64,000 nucleotides of DNA from a virus. Within the stretch, counting starts at the first letter, position 1. Every line of letters starts with the position of its first letter. The stretch is taken from IMG/VR virus record IMGVR_UViG_3300028045_000010, positions 1 through 64,000 of that record; one strand, 5' to 3'. Under the pieces are notes generated by a model. That model was given only the letters and a program-made list of their open reading frames with translations, did not search any database and was not told the DNA's origin. Shown piece by piece: positions 44,200 through 55,322 of this stretch. A program made the translations under genes and the position numbers.

Positions 44200-44245
44200 T
44201 TTTTAAAATATTAAAGTAAACTTTTGATTACTTTAATATTTTAAA
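44200..44245. repeat. Inverted repeat between divergent structural operons
   Basis: ttttaaaatattaaagtaa-acttttga-ttactttaatattttaaaa. Confidence 0.6.
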
Positions 44246-44342
44246 AAAATAGTTTCCTTAGCAATAAATAGATTATAAAAAAAAATAGAAATAATTTTAT
44301 AAGTTTTTTTGCTGTGATATTTATTAATAAACAATTTTATAA

Positions 44343-46874
44343 ATGACATCTATAAATACGGGTACAACTTTGGATGTAAATCCTACGCCTGGTAGAGACG
44401 TAAGGTTCGCTGCGACAAGCTCTGAATCGGTTTTTACTTTTGGAAATTTCAGATTAGAAAGAGATAGAGAAGAAAATCTCTTAGATAATACTGGTTCTCA
44501 AATCTCTTTCACTTCATATTATAATATAAACAATTCAGATTCTAATGATTTTGATGTATTAAAAATTATTAATACAAAAGAAAATGAATTAAACTTAAAC
44601 CCAGAAGAGCCAACTAGTTATGCTTATTTTGGCTCTTTTTATACTAAAGTTGCTAATTCAATAAATAAAATAGTAGATAATTTTCCTTATCCATTCTTAT
44701 CTCATCCTATTAGTGGCGGAATAACAATTTACGATTATTCTCACGATATAATACAAAACTATTCATCTTTTAAAGTAGCTTTTTCTTCTATTACAAATCA
44801 AGGAAATATTATATATGTTTCTGGTCGTACAGAACAGAGTGATTTGGAAATAGATTTATTTAATGATACTAATAAATTTTCTATTCAATTAAGTGGAGAG
44901 TCTCAAAGTACAATTACTGGAGACACTTTTGTTAACACAATACATAAGATAATTTCTTATAATTATTCTATTAATAATTATTTTGAGTTTAACATAGAAG
45001 GCATATTGTTACCACAAGCGTCTACAACTGCAACCACTTTTAACTATCCTTTATATATAAGGCCTACAAGAAAAAGATATGGTCAATATAAAAAAACAAT
45101 ATCTAACCTAGAAGACCAACTGCTTAATAGTGGAAATTTTTTAATGCCAAACCTAGATACTGAAACTTATGAGAGAGTTACTTTTACTTGGCCTAGAACA
45201 ATAGATGGATTTTCTCCCAATAGTTATGGTTCTGAATTTGAAAACTATGCAACATCTATATTAAATTCATCAAGAAGTGTTGATGAAGAAAAAACTAATA
45301 TAATGCTTAGGACAATGCTTCCTGAGAATTATATTAATTTAGATTCAGAAAATGATATATACAGAAAACTAACAACAACTTATTCAGAAGAATTTGATAA
45401 AATTAAACAATACATAGATGGATTGGCCTATGCTCACTCAATTAGTTATGACGGCTCTGAAAGTGTGCCTAATAAATTTATAGTAAGATTAGCAAATCTT
45501 TTGGGAGCCAAATTACCTAATGCATTTGTTGCAGAAAATATAGTAGACTATCTGTCTGGTGAGATTGATAATACTGGTAATTCTTACGAAGATTATAATT
45601 TAGAGCTTTGGAGAAGAATGTTAAGCAACATAGTTTGGTTATACAAAAAAAGAGGAACTAGAGATGCTTTAACTTTTATTTTTAAACTTTTAGGAGCTCC
45701 AGATTGTTTGTTTAATTTAGAAGAATTTATTTATGATGTAAAAAAAGTAGAAGAAACCATAACTACAGATGCTACAAATTCTCTATTAGAAGATGCTGGT
45801 GGAGGTGTTGATGGTAGTGGTAGTGTTGTTTCAGTCCTAAATTTAGATAATAGTGCAACAGATGACCTTGGAAATCCAATAGATGGACTTTCTGAAAAAC
45901 AAGATGGATATCCAGATGTAAATGCTACATTATTTCAAGCTGGTGGTGGAGGAAGAGGTGATGGCCAAGCGTTTATTCAAAGTTTGGGAGATGTTTATGA
46001 GCCAACAATTCGTGTTGATAATTTAAAAATAAAGACAGGAAATACAAGAAATATAGTAAACACAAAAGAAATTAACGTAGACCTTAGACCCTCTAGAGCA
46101 ATAGAGTGCGATGTGATGGATTGGTATGAAATTGGATATGGATGGTGGGGATGGGGAAGTCTTTCTCCTGTATTTTCCGCTATGACCGTTCCTTTTGAGT
46201 GGCAAGTAGAAGAGCTTGATTCTGTTATTCCTCCAAATATGAGCGCAATGACCATTCAAGAGTGGGTAGAATATATATATACTGCTAATGTAGACCCAAG
46301 AAATAGAAAAACTCTAGGCTGGCAACAAGGCCATACGGGAATATATTTGGATTTGAAAAAGATATACATAACGTATATGCTATTAAATGCAAATATGTCC
46401 AACAGGCTAACGTTTAAAAAGTTAGAGAAATTTTTAAACTTATTAGAAAGAAACTTTGAGGACCTAGTTCCGTTTTTCACTCCTGCAACAAGTATATTAA
46501 ATTCATATGGTACAGTATATGCAAATACCGCATTTAATAGACATAGATTTATATATAGACCAGGTATAAATGATGGTTCAGAATTTAAAATAAAATTACC
46601 TCTTGTTTTTGAGCCAACTATACAAGCTGTAGACTTTACCGTAAGTATAGAAAATAACTTTGACAAAGATATAAATGCACATAATTTAACGGCAACAATA
46701 CCAAAAAGTCCAGAAGGAAATGTTGACATTTCCAATTTTGAAGTTACATTACCTACATCATTAAATCCTAATACAAATGTGGCAAACTACGCAGCTAGCA
46801 TATTTAAAGAAGATTTAAATTTAGAACCATATGCAGACCCTCAAAAACTTACACCAATAACTTATCCAGAATAA
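44343..46874 (+). CDS. Putative baseplate wedge / tail protein
   Basis: VPNKF..RLANLLG and LWRRMLSNIVWLYKKRGTRDAL (P2 gpI-like); TATTTAT at 44318-44324. Confidence 0.7.
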   Translation: MTSINTGTTLDVNPTPGRDVRFAATSSESVFTFGNFRLERDREENLLDNTGSQISFTSYYNINNSDSNDFDVLKIINTKENELNLNPEEPTSYAYFGSFYTKVANSINKIVDNFPYPFLSHPISGGITIYDYSHDIIQNYSSFKVAFSSITNQGNIIYVSGRTEQSDLEIDLFNDTNKFSIQLSGESQSTITGDTFVNTIHKIISYNYSINNYFEFNIEGILLPQASTTATTFNYPLYIRPTRKRYGQYKKTISNLEDQLLNSGNFLMPNLDTETYERVTFTWPRTIDGFSPNSYGSEFENYATSILNSSRSVDEEKTNIMLRTMLPENYINLDSENDIYRKLTTTYSEEFDKIKQYIDGLAYAHSISYDGSESVPNKFIVRLANLLGAKLPNAFVAENIVDYLSGEIDNTGNSYEDYNLELWRRMLSNIVWLYKKRGTRDALTFIFKLLGAPDCLFNLEEFIYDVKKVEETITTDATNSLLEDAGGGVDGSGSVVSVLNLDNSATDDLGNPIDGLSEKQDGYPDVNATLFQAGGGGRGDGQAFIQSLGDVYEPTIRVDNLKIKTGNTRNIVNTKEINVDLRPSRAIECDVMDWYEIGYGWWGWGSLSPVFSAMTVPFEWQVEELDSVIPPNMSAMTIQEWVEYIYTANVDPRNRKTLGWQQGHTGIYLDLKKIYITYMLLNANMSNRLTFKKLEKFLNLLERNFEDLVPFFTPATSILNSYGTVYANTAFNRHRFIYRPGINDGSEFKIKLPLVFEPTIQAVDFTVSIENNFDKDINAHNLTATIPKSPEGNVDISNFEVTLPTSLNPNTNVANYAASIFKEDLNLEPYADPQKLTPITYPE

Positions 46875-46875
46875 T

Positions 46876-48357
46876 ATGCCTATAAATAAAATTATAACAT
46901 CTAGGACAATTGGTGAAAGCGATGGTATTTCTCAAGTATTTATACAAAATAATATACCTAAAATATTAGAACCATTAGTTGAGCCTAAAATATTTAATTT
47001 ACCTCTTTATAACTTAGAGGGAGCTACTTTTAAATATTATCAACAAGTAGTTGATGGTATTTCTGTAAATGTAAATAATGAAAAAACATTAACATATGAC
47101 TATACGGCAAACACAACTTCCTTTAGTTCTATTACTAATGTTATTTATGATATTTATAGAGTAGATTTTCCTACATACGATGCAGTTTCAAACGACTTAA
47201 ATGAAAATAGTCTTACAGGTTCTACTGGATTTACTCCCACATTAGAGACTATATCATCTCTGTTGGCAACTCCTTTAGCTACTATTTATGAAACTGGTGA
47301 TACAATATCTACCCCTACTCACATTGTTTCGCTTCCTGAAATTATAAAGCCAATAGGTGGTTTTGCTGAACAATTACTCTTAGATAAAGCACAATATTTT
47401 ATAGATACAAGATATGAATTTATTCAAGAAAGAGATAAGACACTAGGTGGATTTGAGACGTTTAGTGGAGGTTCAGTTGTTGATTTTTCATATTCTGGTC
47501 TTAATTCAGATGGAAACTTTTTAATTACAACACAAAAAGATGAAACGATAATTAGTGGAGGAACATATTCTGGCTTAACTACCAATGGAGCTATATTTAC
47601 TTATTTTTCAGCGCCGCAAAAACCAAATATAGACGTAATAGATGATGCGCCAACTGTAATTGGACAATTAGATACTTTTTCACCTATTTTTAGTTTTAAC
47701 AACGTTTCTGATGGTGATTACTATAAGCTTCAAGTTACTTACGACTTATCAGATGCTACATTTTTAAGCGCATTTACTTTTAATATAGACCGCCAACCTG
47801 GTATAGCTGATTTTATAAGAACGCACTCTGTAACATTGTCTCCAGACTCTTCTTTTTTATATAGATTTGGCAATACTAAAGAGGTTATAAATGTATTTGG
47901 AGTAAAGCAAAATGTAACTAACTGGGGCAGAAGCGAAACTGCTATAACAGATACAGACGGAATTTATACAGTGCAAGGAACTGTTTATCAAGATTATAAT
48001 TATGGGTGTCCAGTTTCTGGGGCGACTGTTGTATTTACAGTCTCATTAACTACAGCAACATTAGAGGTTGGAGTTGATACAACAACTGATATTTCAATTG
48101 CTGCAGGAACTAATGAGCCTATAGGTGGAGGTGTTGGTACGAGCTTTTCTGCTTTAACAGATTCTAGTGGTAATTATACTGTTAGCAATGTTGCTGGCGG
48201 TAGTGGAATAGTTACTGTTACAAAGTTCGGGTATGATGATACTCCTCAACCTTATGATATAGATGGAGATACTGTAGGTCTTGACTTAACAATAAACCTA
48301 CTATGGAGTAGTACAGGTACAACATTTGCAGATGTAGGAGAATGTATTTTTGTATAA
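46876..48357 (+). CDS. Structural protein with C-terminal carboxypeptidase-regulatory-like beta-sandwich
   Basis: VQGTV...PVSGATV...TDSSGNYTVSNV...VTVTKFGY. Confidence 0.7.
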   Translation: MPINKIITSRTIGESDGISQVFIQNNIPKILEPLVEPKIFNLPLYNLEGATFKYYQQVVDGISVNVNNEKTLTYDYTANTTSFSSITNVIYDIYRVDFPTYDAVSNDLNENSLTGSTGFTPTLETISSLLATPLATIYETGDTISTPTHIVSLPEIIKPIGGFAEQLLLDKAQYFIDTRYEFIQERDKTLGGFETFSGGSVVDFSYSGLNSDGNFLITTQKDETIISGGTYSGLTTNGAIFTYFSAPQKPNIDVIDDAPTVIGQLDTFSPIFSFNNVSDGDYYKLQVTYDLSDATFLSAFTFNIDRQPGIADFIRTHSVTLSPDSSFLYRFGNTKEVINVFGVKQNVTNWGRSETAITDTDGIYTVQGTVYQDYNYGCPVSGATVVFTVSLTTATLEVGVDTTTDISIAAGTNEPIGGGVGTSFSALTDSSGNYTVSNVAGGSGIVTVTKFGYDDTPQPYDIDGDTVGLDLTINLLWSSTGTTFADVGECIFV

Positions 48358-48433
48358 TGATTTACATTTTTAATTAAATAAATAAATTAACACAATAAAA
48401 ATAGATAGTAATATTTATAAAAAAAGAAAATAA

Positions 48434-50452
48434 ATGTCAGACATAATATTAACTGGTGATAACGTAAATGAAGGTAGGATTAAAATTAATTCTGCTCTTG
48501 ATGCTCTTGACATTTTATGGTCTGGTGATGTGGGCAATTATTCTATACAATCTATTAGTGGAACTAGTAGCTTATCAGATACAGATGGAGATTATTCTAT
48601 AAACTTTATTAAAGGAACTTCTGACAATGATGTATTAGGAGATTATTCACATGGTGAAGGATATAATAATTTTATATGGGGTGGTTCTGATTATTCACAT
48701 GTTCAAAATTTTGACAATACAATTGGAAAACTAGCAGGAGATGCTTCATTTTCACATGTAGGTGGTAAAAGCAATGTTGTACTTAGACCTTTTGGGTTTA
48801 TCCATACCAATGGGAATGATAGCCAAAAATCTTTATTTTCTTCTTATTCTTCTATTTTAGGAGGGTTTGACGGACAAATTGGAGAAGAGTTAGGTTCTGA
48901 CAACAATACTAGCTCTGGTATTTTAGGTGGGTATGAACCTAAAATCGTTCAAAATACATATTCAAACCTTTCTGCAAATACAATATTAGGAGGCTCGTTT
49001 AATTCGATTGAAGACTGTTCTAAAAGCTCTATAATTGGTGGCTATGGATTTCCAAGAGATGGAGAGCCATTTGGACTTCTTGATGGTCAAAATCTTATGT
49101 ACCGAAGTAATTCTTCTGCAATTATATTAGGAAGGTCTCAAATTTATGATTCATTTGGGTCTATAATTATTGGAGGAGATTATTATAAACAATCAGCTCC
49201 ACTTGCTAGTCAAAATCCAAACAAAATAAGCGCATCAACAACTTCTTCGATTATAAGCTCATATAATAGTACTATAAATCGTGGAGGAATCTCAACTATA
49301 ATAGGAGGTGATGATAATAATATTCTTTTTTCTTCTGAGACTCCATACGTTTTTACTACTTTGACTTCTGGCATTATTGGTGGTGAAGAAAATGTTTTAG
49401 GTACAGCATTTGAACCATTGTCGCAACCAGATGTACTTACTTATAATTCTTTTGCTGTAGCAAGTAAAGGTTCTACAATTACTGCATCAAGAAATTGTAT
49501 TATTTTAGGGAGTGAAGATTGTGGAATGACCACACGTCCAACAGGTAATGTTAAAAATAATGTTATTATTGGCACTAATACTTCTGCAATTGTATCGTTT
49601 TCCCAGACTATAAAAAACAATGCAATAATAGGGGGGGTTAAGAATAATATTTTTTTACAAGACATTAAAGATACTGTCATTATGGGTACTGGGGTAATAA
49701 ACTCTATTCCTTCAACTTATGGCGCCAGCTGGCAATTAGGGTGGGGTGGGGCATCTCCTGCAGTGGCAAGCTTTGCTAATAGAACAATAGTATTTGATTT
49801 TGTAAATGGTAATGGGATGTGGGACGGCACAGCTACTTTAAGTCCCGCTGATTATGCTGAATACTTTGAATGGAATGATGGCAATCTATTAAATGAGGAT
49901 AGGGTGGGGTATTTTGCTTCTTTAGTTGTCGAAAAAGTTGAAATAGGGAATCAAAATATAGTTGGAATAGTTTCATCAAATCCAGCTTTAATTGGTAATT
50001 CTGCAGAATTAAAATGGAATAAAGTATACTTAACAGATGAGTGGGGAATAAAAATTTATAATACTTACAAGAAATATAGTTTATATGATAATTATATATA
50101 CATAGATGAAGATGATAAAATTTATGCAGACCCACCAAATTCTCATAATATTTTAGGAACATTATTTATTGGAGAAACTAATGATAAAGTGTTTGTAGAA
50201 GATATAAAAATTGAAAAAATAAACCCAGATTTTGATATAAATTCATCATATGAACCTAGAAGTTCAAGAAAAGAATGGTCTCCAATTGGAATGTTAGGAA
50301 AGTTACACGTTAGAACTGCAGAACAAATAACAGGTAACACAATTAGTGCAGACTCTAATGGAATGGCTATAAATGGAAATGATTATCATGTTTTAGAAAA
50401 CAAAAAATCTTATGATGGAAATTATGGAATTGTTAAAATATTATTTAAATAA
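48434..50452 (+). CDS. Tail spike/fibre 1 with C-terminal peptidase G2-type autocleaving chaperone
   Basis: S-x-I-x-GG beta-helix repeats; ADYAEYFEW...YEPRSSRKEWSPIGMLGKLHVR. Confidence 0.82.
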   Translation: MSDIILTGDNVNEGRIKINSALDALDILWSGDVGNYSIQSISGTSSLSDTDGDYSINFIKGTSDNDVLGDYSHGEGYNNFIWGGSDYSHVQNFDNTIGKLAGDASFSHVGGKSNVVLRPFGFIHTNGNDSQKSLFSSYSSILGGFDGQIGEELGSDNNTSSGILGGYEPKIVQNTYSNLSANTILGGSFNSIEDCSKSSIIGGYGFPRDGEPFGLLDGQNLMYRSNSSAIILGRSQIYDSFGSIIIGGDYYKQSAPLASQNPNKISASTTSSIISSYNSTINRGGISTIIGGDDNNILFSSETPYVFTTLTSGIIGGEENVLGTAFEPLSQPDVLTYNSFAVASKGSTITASRNCIILGSEDCGMTTRPTGNVKNNVIIGTNTSAIVSFSQTIKNNAIIGGVKNNIFLQDIKDTVIMGTGVINSIPSTYGASWQLGWGGASPAVASFANRTIVFDFVNGNGMWDGTATLSPADYAEYFEWNDGNLLNEDRVGYFASLVVEKVEIGNQNIVGIVSSNPALIGNSAELKWNKVYLTDEWGIKIYNTYKKYSLYDNYIYIDEDDKIYADPPNSHNILGTLFIGETNDKVFVEDIKIEKINPDFDINSSYEPRSSRKEWSPIGMLGKLHVRTAEQITGNTISADSNGMAINGNDYHVLENKKSYDGNYGIVKILFK

Positions 50453-50458
50453 AATAAA

Positions 50459-52372
50459 ATGGCAGATTTAATACTTACAAGTAATACTACATATGAAGCT
50501 GTTGATTTAATTAATGGTGCACTTTCTGGTTTGACAAATTTATGGTCTGCTAGTACTGGTGACAATTCTTTAATAGCGTTAAACGATTCTGGGAATTTGG
50601 CTTCTGAAAATTCAGCCTATGCAGAAGGTTATGCTACAACCTCTAGTGGCTTCGCCTCTCATTCTGAAGGTTATATGACAGTTGCTAGCGGTAACTACTC
50701 TCATACAGAAGGGTATAAAAATACAGCTCTTGGAATCGCTTCATTTGCTGGCGGTAGCGGCTCTACAGCTGACGGTAATCAATCTTTTGTTTTTGGAAAA
50801 AACAATTCATCTACGATAGACAATAGTGCTGTGATGGGTGGTTATGAAAATGTGGTGTCAGGTAGCTCTGGTAGTAATTCAACAATATTTGCAGGCTATA
50901 AAAACAAAATTAACCTTACTGGCAACAGTACTGATACATCAACAATTGTCGGTGGAATAGAAGGTTGTATTGCAGGAAATAATGACATGACAGGAATTTT
51001 TGGAGGATTTAGAAATGCAATTTCTTCAACAACTAGTAACAACAGTGTTATAATAGGTGGTGAATATAATGTTATGAATGGTGATAATATTAAATCTTGC
51101 GTTATTTTAGGAGGTCACTCTGGGTCTACTGAAGGTAATAATATATCAAATTCATTTGATACTTCAATTATAACTAGTAGAAATTCATCTATAAATTTTG
51201 ATAACAATGGTGCTGGAGAGGGTAATCAAATAATATCTAGTTGGAATAGCTCAATTGATGATTCGTTAGTTAGCTTTATTCATAATGTTAATTATTGCTC
51301 TATTTTAGGAGGGTATAATAACAATATAAGACCAACATTGCAATTTCCGCCAGGTAATTTAATAAAAAATATTGTAATTATTGGAGGTGAAGATAATGAG
51401 TCTGGTGGAGGTGTTGGAGCTTTAGGTAATGGTAATAATTCTGTTACATTAGCAGGTTCTGGCAATACTAATTGGGGTAAAAATTGTGTTATAGCTGGTG
51501 GTGATAACAATCTTATAGGAACTGGTATCGCTGGAAGCCCTATTGAAAATTGTGTAATATTTGGAAGTTATAATAAAAATACAAACTCCTTACATGATGA
51601 TTGCATTCAAATGGGAAACTCTTCAGTTCCAAGGTCTGCACACACAATAACTATGGGCTATAATGCCACACCAACAGCAGGAAGTCCTGTTAACAATAGA
51701 ATAGCTTTTAATATGGAATTTGGTTCTGGTATTTTTGAAGGAAGTATTGATGCTGGTCCCGCTGATTATGCAGAGTTTTTTGAGTGGAATGATAGCAATC
51801 TATTAGATGAGGATAGAGTAGGATATGCCGTTTCTTTGGTTGGTGATAAAATTGAAAAAGGAAATAATAATATAATAGGAATTACATCTGCAACTCCTGG
51901 CTTTACTTGTGACTCAGCGTCTTTAGCTTGGGATAAATTATTTTTAAGAGATGAATTTGGAAGAAAAATAGAAGAGGAATATGATTTATATTTAATAAAT
52001 AGTGGACAAACAGAAATTTATATAGATAATAAAAATAACACTTTTAAAGAACCGCCTAACCCAGAAAATATGGTTGGGGAGCTTTGTGAAGAAAATATAG
52101 ATGATAAAGTTTTTAAAAAGAAAGTTAGACAATATAAAATTAATCATGACTTCGATAAAAATCAAAATTACACAACAAGAGCTGATAGAAAAGAGTGGAT
52201 TGAAGTTGGTTTACTTGGCAAATTAGATATTAGAACTTCAGAACAAATAACAGGAAATAAAATTAGTATAGACTCTAGTGGGATGGCAATAAATGGAACT
52301 GATTATTATATTTTAGAAAAAACAAAAGATTATGATGGGGACTATGGTATTGTTCAAATATTATTTAAATAA
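50459..52372 (+). CDS. Tail spike/fibre 2 with C-terminal peptidase G2-type chaperone
   Basis: SHSEG and IIGG repeats; ADYAEFFEW...RKEWIEVGLLGKL. Confidence 0.82.
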   Translation: MADLILTSNTTYEAVDLINGALSGLTNLWSASTGDNSLIALNDSGNLASENSAYAEGYATTSSGFASHSEGYMTVASGNYSHTEGYKNTALGIASFAGGSGSTADGNQSFVFGKNNSSTIDNSAVMGGYENVVSGSSGSNSTIFAGYKNKINLTGNSTDTSTIVGGIEGCIAGNNDMTGIFGGFRNAISSTTSNNSVIIGGEYNVMNGDNIKSCVILGGHSGSTEGNNISNSFDTSIITSRNSSINFDNNGAGEGNQIISSWNSSIDDSLVSFIHNVNYCSILGGYNNNIRPTLQFPPGNLIKNIVIIGGEDNESGGGVGALGNGNNSVTLAGSGNTNWGKNCVIAGGDNNLIGTGIAGSPIENCVIFGSYNKNTNSLHDDCIQMGNSSVPRSAHTITMGYNATPTAGSPVNNRIAFNMEFGSGIFEGSIDAGPADYAEFFEWNDSNLLDEDRVGYAVSLVGDKIEKGNNNIIGITSATPGFTCDSASLAWDKLFLRDEFGRKIEEEYDLYLINSGQTEIYIDNKNNTFKEPPNPENMVGELCEENIDDKVFKKKVRQYKINHDFDKNQNYTTRADRKEWIEVGLLGKLDIRTSEQITGNKISIDSSGMAINGTDYYILEKTKDYDGDYGIVQILFK

Positions 52373-52389
52373 TTATAAAAGAAAAAGAA

Positions 52390-54666
52390 ATGGCTTTTGA
52401 AAACATACTTACTGGGGACACTTTTAATGAAGGTAGAATTAAAATAAATGAAGGTTTTAATGAGTTTGATTTATGGGATGGAACTTCTTATGGAAATACT
52501 GTTTTTATTAATAGTCAATATCCGAATTCCACAACCTCTGAACAAACACCTTCAGAAGGTTATAATACAGTGTTCGGAGCCAATAATATTGCAGTAGAAG
52601 TTAATCCAATTTTTAATGGCACATCTAATGTAGTTATAGGATATTCAAACATATCTAAAGGAAACGTGTCTCATGCCGAGGGATATTTAACAACTACTCT
52701 TGGTAACTATTGTCACTCTGGTGGGTTTAATACTACAGTTAGCGGCTCTTCATCTTTTATACACTCTAAAAAACAATCTAGTACAATAGCTTCTGGAGTT
52801 GATTCTGCGGTGCTATTTCAATATGATTCTGCAATATTAGGAGGTAGTGACAGTTCTATTATAAACTATAGAGACGCTTATGCGTCATATGATGATGGTG
52901 AAATTGCGGGAAATAATTTTATACTAGGTTCTAAAGAAGTTTATATAACAGCGCAAGATGACCCAGACGATGGGAATGGGAATCCAGAGGGTCAAGCAGG
53001 TTATAGCGTTATTGTTGGCTGTAGGTCAGATGTAATAAATCCCAATTCAGAAATATATAACGAAGGAGTGTATGGCTCAGCTTTAATAAACACTTCTTTT
53101 TCTTATGTAAAACAAAATGGAGATAATGATTTTGGTGTTCCTATTTCTACAAGCAATGCAATAATTGGAGGTAGAAGAGGTCAAATTGAAAATTCAGATT
53201 CTTCTACAATAATTGGTTCTGGTGGGGCTGGTTTGGGTTCTACTCCTTATAATTTTATTAAAAAAGCTAAAGTTTCATCTATTATAAGTAGCTTAAATTC
53301 TAACATTGATAACGATTCGGCAATTTATTCATCTATTAAAAATTCAGTAATTTCTGGTGGTGAGGGGGATTTAATTACGATAGATATAGGTACTGGGGGT
53401 CAATCTGACTCGACTGTGGATACTATATTAAATTCAGTAATTATTGGTGGAAATGGAAATACTATTGCTAAATATTTTGAATCTTATGCTAATGACAACG
53501 CGAATCCTACTAAAAATTGTGCAATAATTGGCGGAGAAAATAATGGAATTTTAGGAGCAAATATTAATCAATGTGTTATAGTTGGAGGAAATGAAAACAA
53601 ACATCAAGCCACTAACGCATACTACGCCTTTAATCCTCAAAATAACGTTATTTTAGGAGGTGAAAATAATATTGTTAGTACTGGATATTTTGGAGCTGTA
53701 AATAATTGTGTTCTCTTAGGAGGTAAAAACAACAGACTTCAAAAAGACTCTGCTACTAGTCTTAATGTGTCTTCAGTAATTGCAGGCCAAGGATTGTGGA
53801 GTAGCTCTATAGTGGCAGCGAGAACAAACTCATTTCAAGCAGGATATAGTTTATCAACCACTCCAAGTACTAGTGTTCGCACAATTTATTTGGACATGGA
53901 AAATGGAGACGGTCATTGGGATGGAGGTCTTAGTGTTGGCACAGCAGATTATGCTGAATATTTTGAATGGCAAGATGGAAATTTAAATGATGAAAAAAGA
54001 TATGGTTATTTCGTTTCTTTAATTGGAGATAAAATAGAAATAGGAAATTCAGATATAGTTGGAATTGTATCCCCAACCCCAGGATTTATAGGAGATTCGG
54101 CATCATTAAAGTGGAAAGATTTTCATTTAAAAGATGAATTTAGAAGAAAATTAAAAATTGAATATAAAAAATATATAATATCTGGGCAGACGTCTGTAAA
54201 TAATATAGTTGAACCTTATGAAATTATTGACTTTAAAAATTTAGACAAACTTAATAAGCTTTCATATACTGGTAGTACATCAAATGTTTATGATAGTGAA
54301 ATTGTAGAGTTTTATATAGACGAAGATGATAATATATATAAAAACTATCCAAGCGCTGGTAATTTAGAAGGAATCTTATATACAGGAAGTACTGAAGATA
54401 AAATTTATATTGGAAATATTTTTGAAAATAAAATAAATCCAAATTATAATAAAGACCAAGAGTATTTATCTAGAAAAGAAAGAAAAGAGTGGTCACCAAT
54501 TGGAATGTTAGGGAAATTACATGTTAGAACTTCTGAACAAATAACTTCAGATAAAATTAGTGTTGATTCTAATGGTGAAGCTATAAACGGAACTGATTAT
54601 CATGTATTAAAACCAATAAAAGACTATGATGGAGATTATGGTATTGTTCAAATATTATTTAAATAA
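52390..54666 (+). CDS. Tail spike/fibre 3 with C-terminal peptidase G2-type chaperone
   Basis: IIGG repeats; ADYAEYFEW...RKEWSPIGMLGKLHVR. Confidence 0.82.
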   Translation: MAFENILTGDTFNEGRIKINEGFNEFDLWDGTSYGNTVFINSQYPNSTTSEQTPSEGYNTVFGANNIAVEVNPIFNGTSNVVIGYSNISKGNVSHAEGYLTTTLGNYCHSGGFNTTVSGSSSFIHSKKQSSTIASGVDSAVLFQYDSAILGGSDSSIINYRDAYASYDDGEIAGNNFILGSKEVYITAQDDPDDGNGNPEGQAGYSVIVGCRSDVINPNSEIYNEGVYGSALINTSFSYVKQNGDNDFGVPISTSNAIIGGRRGQIENSDSSTIIGSGGAGLGSTPYNFIKKAKVSSIISSLNSNIDNDSAIYSSIKNSVISGGEGDLITIDIGTGGQSDSTVDTILNSVIIGGNGNTIAKYFESYANDNANPTKNCAIIGGENNGILGANINQCVIVGGNENKHQATNAYYAFNPQNNVILGGENNIVSTGYFGAVNNCVLLGGKNNRLQKDSATSLNVSSVIAGQGLWSSSIVAARTNSFQAGYSLSTTPSTSVRTIYLDMENGDGHWDGGLSVGTADYAEYFEWQDGNLNDEKRYGYFVSLIGDKIEIGNSDIVGIVSPTPGFIGDSASLKWKDFHLKDEFRRKLKIEYKKYIISGQTSVNNIVEPYEIIDFKNLDKLNKLSYTGSTSNVYDSEIVEFYIDEDDNIYKNYPSAGNLEGILYTGSTEDKIYIGNIFENKINPNYNKDQEYLSRKERKEWSPIGMLGKLHVRTSEQITSDKISVDSNGEAINGTDYHVLKPIKDYDGDYGIVQILFK

Positions 54667-54668
54667 TT

Positions 54669-55322
54669 ATGCCTAGAATAGATTTCGATAATAATAGAGG
54701 AGAAAATTTAGCAGACCCCAAATATGATAAGGACGCTGTTAATAAAAGAACTTTAAGGAGAGGTGTAAAAACTATTGAAGACTCTTTTTTAGCTCTTACT
54801 GGAGGTACTGTAAATGGTAATGTTACTATAACTGGTGACACAATAGTAAGTGGAAACACTACAATAGGTGGAAACACTACAATAGAAGGTAGTTTAATTG
54901 TAAGTGGTAGTACAACAACTGTTGGTGCTAGATTTAAAAAGGTTAGAGAGATTACGATAACCGATGGTAGTTGGTCTGGTGCTGGCGAACCTGAACCAAT
55001 TAATGGAGACGATGAAATAGTTTTCGTTACCGACAACACAGTGGGTGGAATTCCGATTGACGAATTTAATATTGATTTAAGTAATGTTATAAATTCAAGC
55101 CCTGTTGGTAGGGTTATTGAGATAGTTAACGTAGATTCAGGTTCAGCAGGTTTAATAATTGGTGCATATGCACTAGCTATTATTGGAGGAGGTTTTACCA
55201 CATATACAATTAATGGAGTTACAGGTACGCCTAAAGTGGGCATTTGTGGTACAGTATATCAATCTATAACAATCGTTAAAAGAGCCGATTTTGAAATTGT
55301 ATATTATGGAACAGGTTTATAA
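54669..55322 (+). CDS. Short fibre-like structural protein
   Basis: DAVNK and LALTGGTVNGNVTITG fibre-type motifs. Confidence 0.65.
   Translation: MPRIDFDNNRGENLADPKYDKDAVNKRTLRRGVKTIEDSFLALTGGTVNGNVTITGDTIVSGNTTIGGNTTIEGSLIVSGSTTTVGARFKKVREITITDGSWSGAGEPEPINGDDEIVFVTDNTVGGIPIDEFNIDLSNVINSSPVGRVIEIVNVDSGSAGLIIGAYALAIIGGGFTTYTINGVTGTPKVGICGTVYQSITIVKRADFEIVYYGTGL

Noticed and set aside
48434-54666. Diversity-generating retroelement acting on the tail spikes
   Set aside because: No reverse transcriptase and no adenine-specific template/variable repeat pair seen; the similarity is ordinary paralogy
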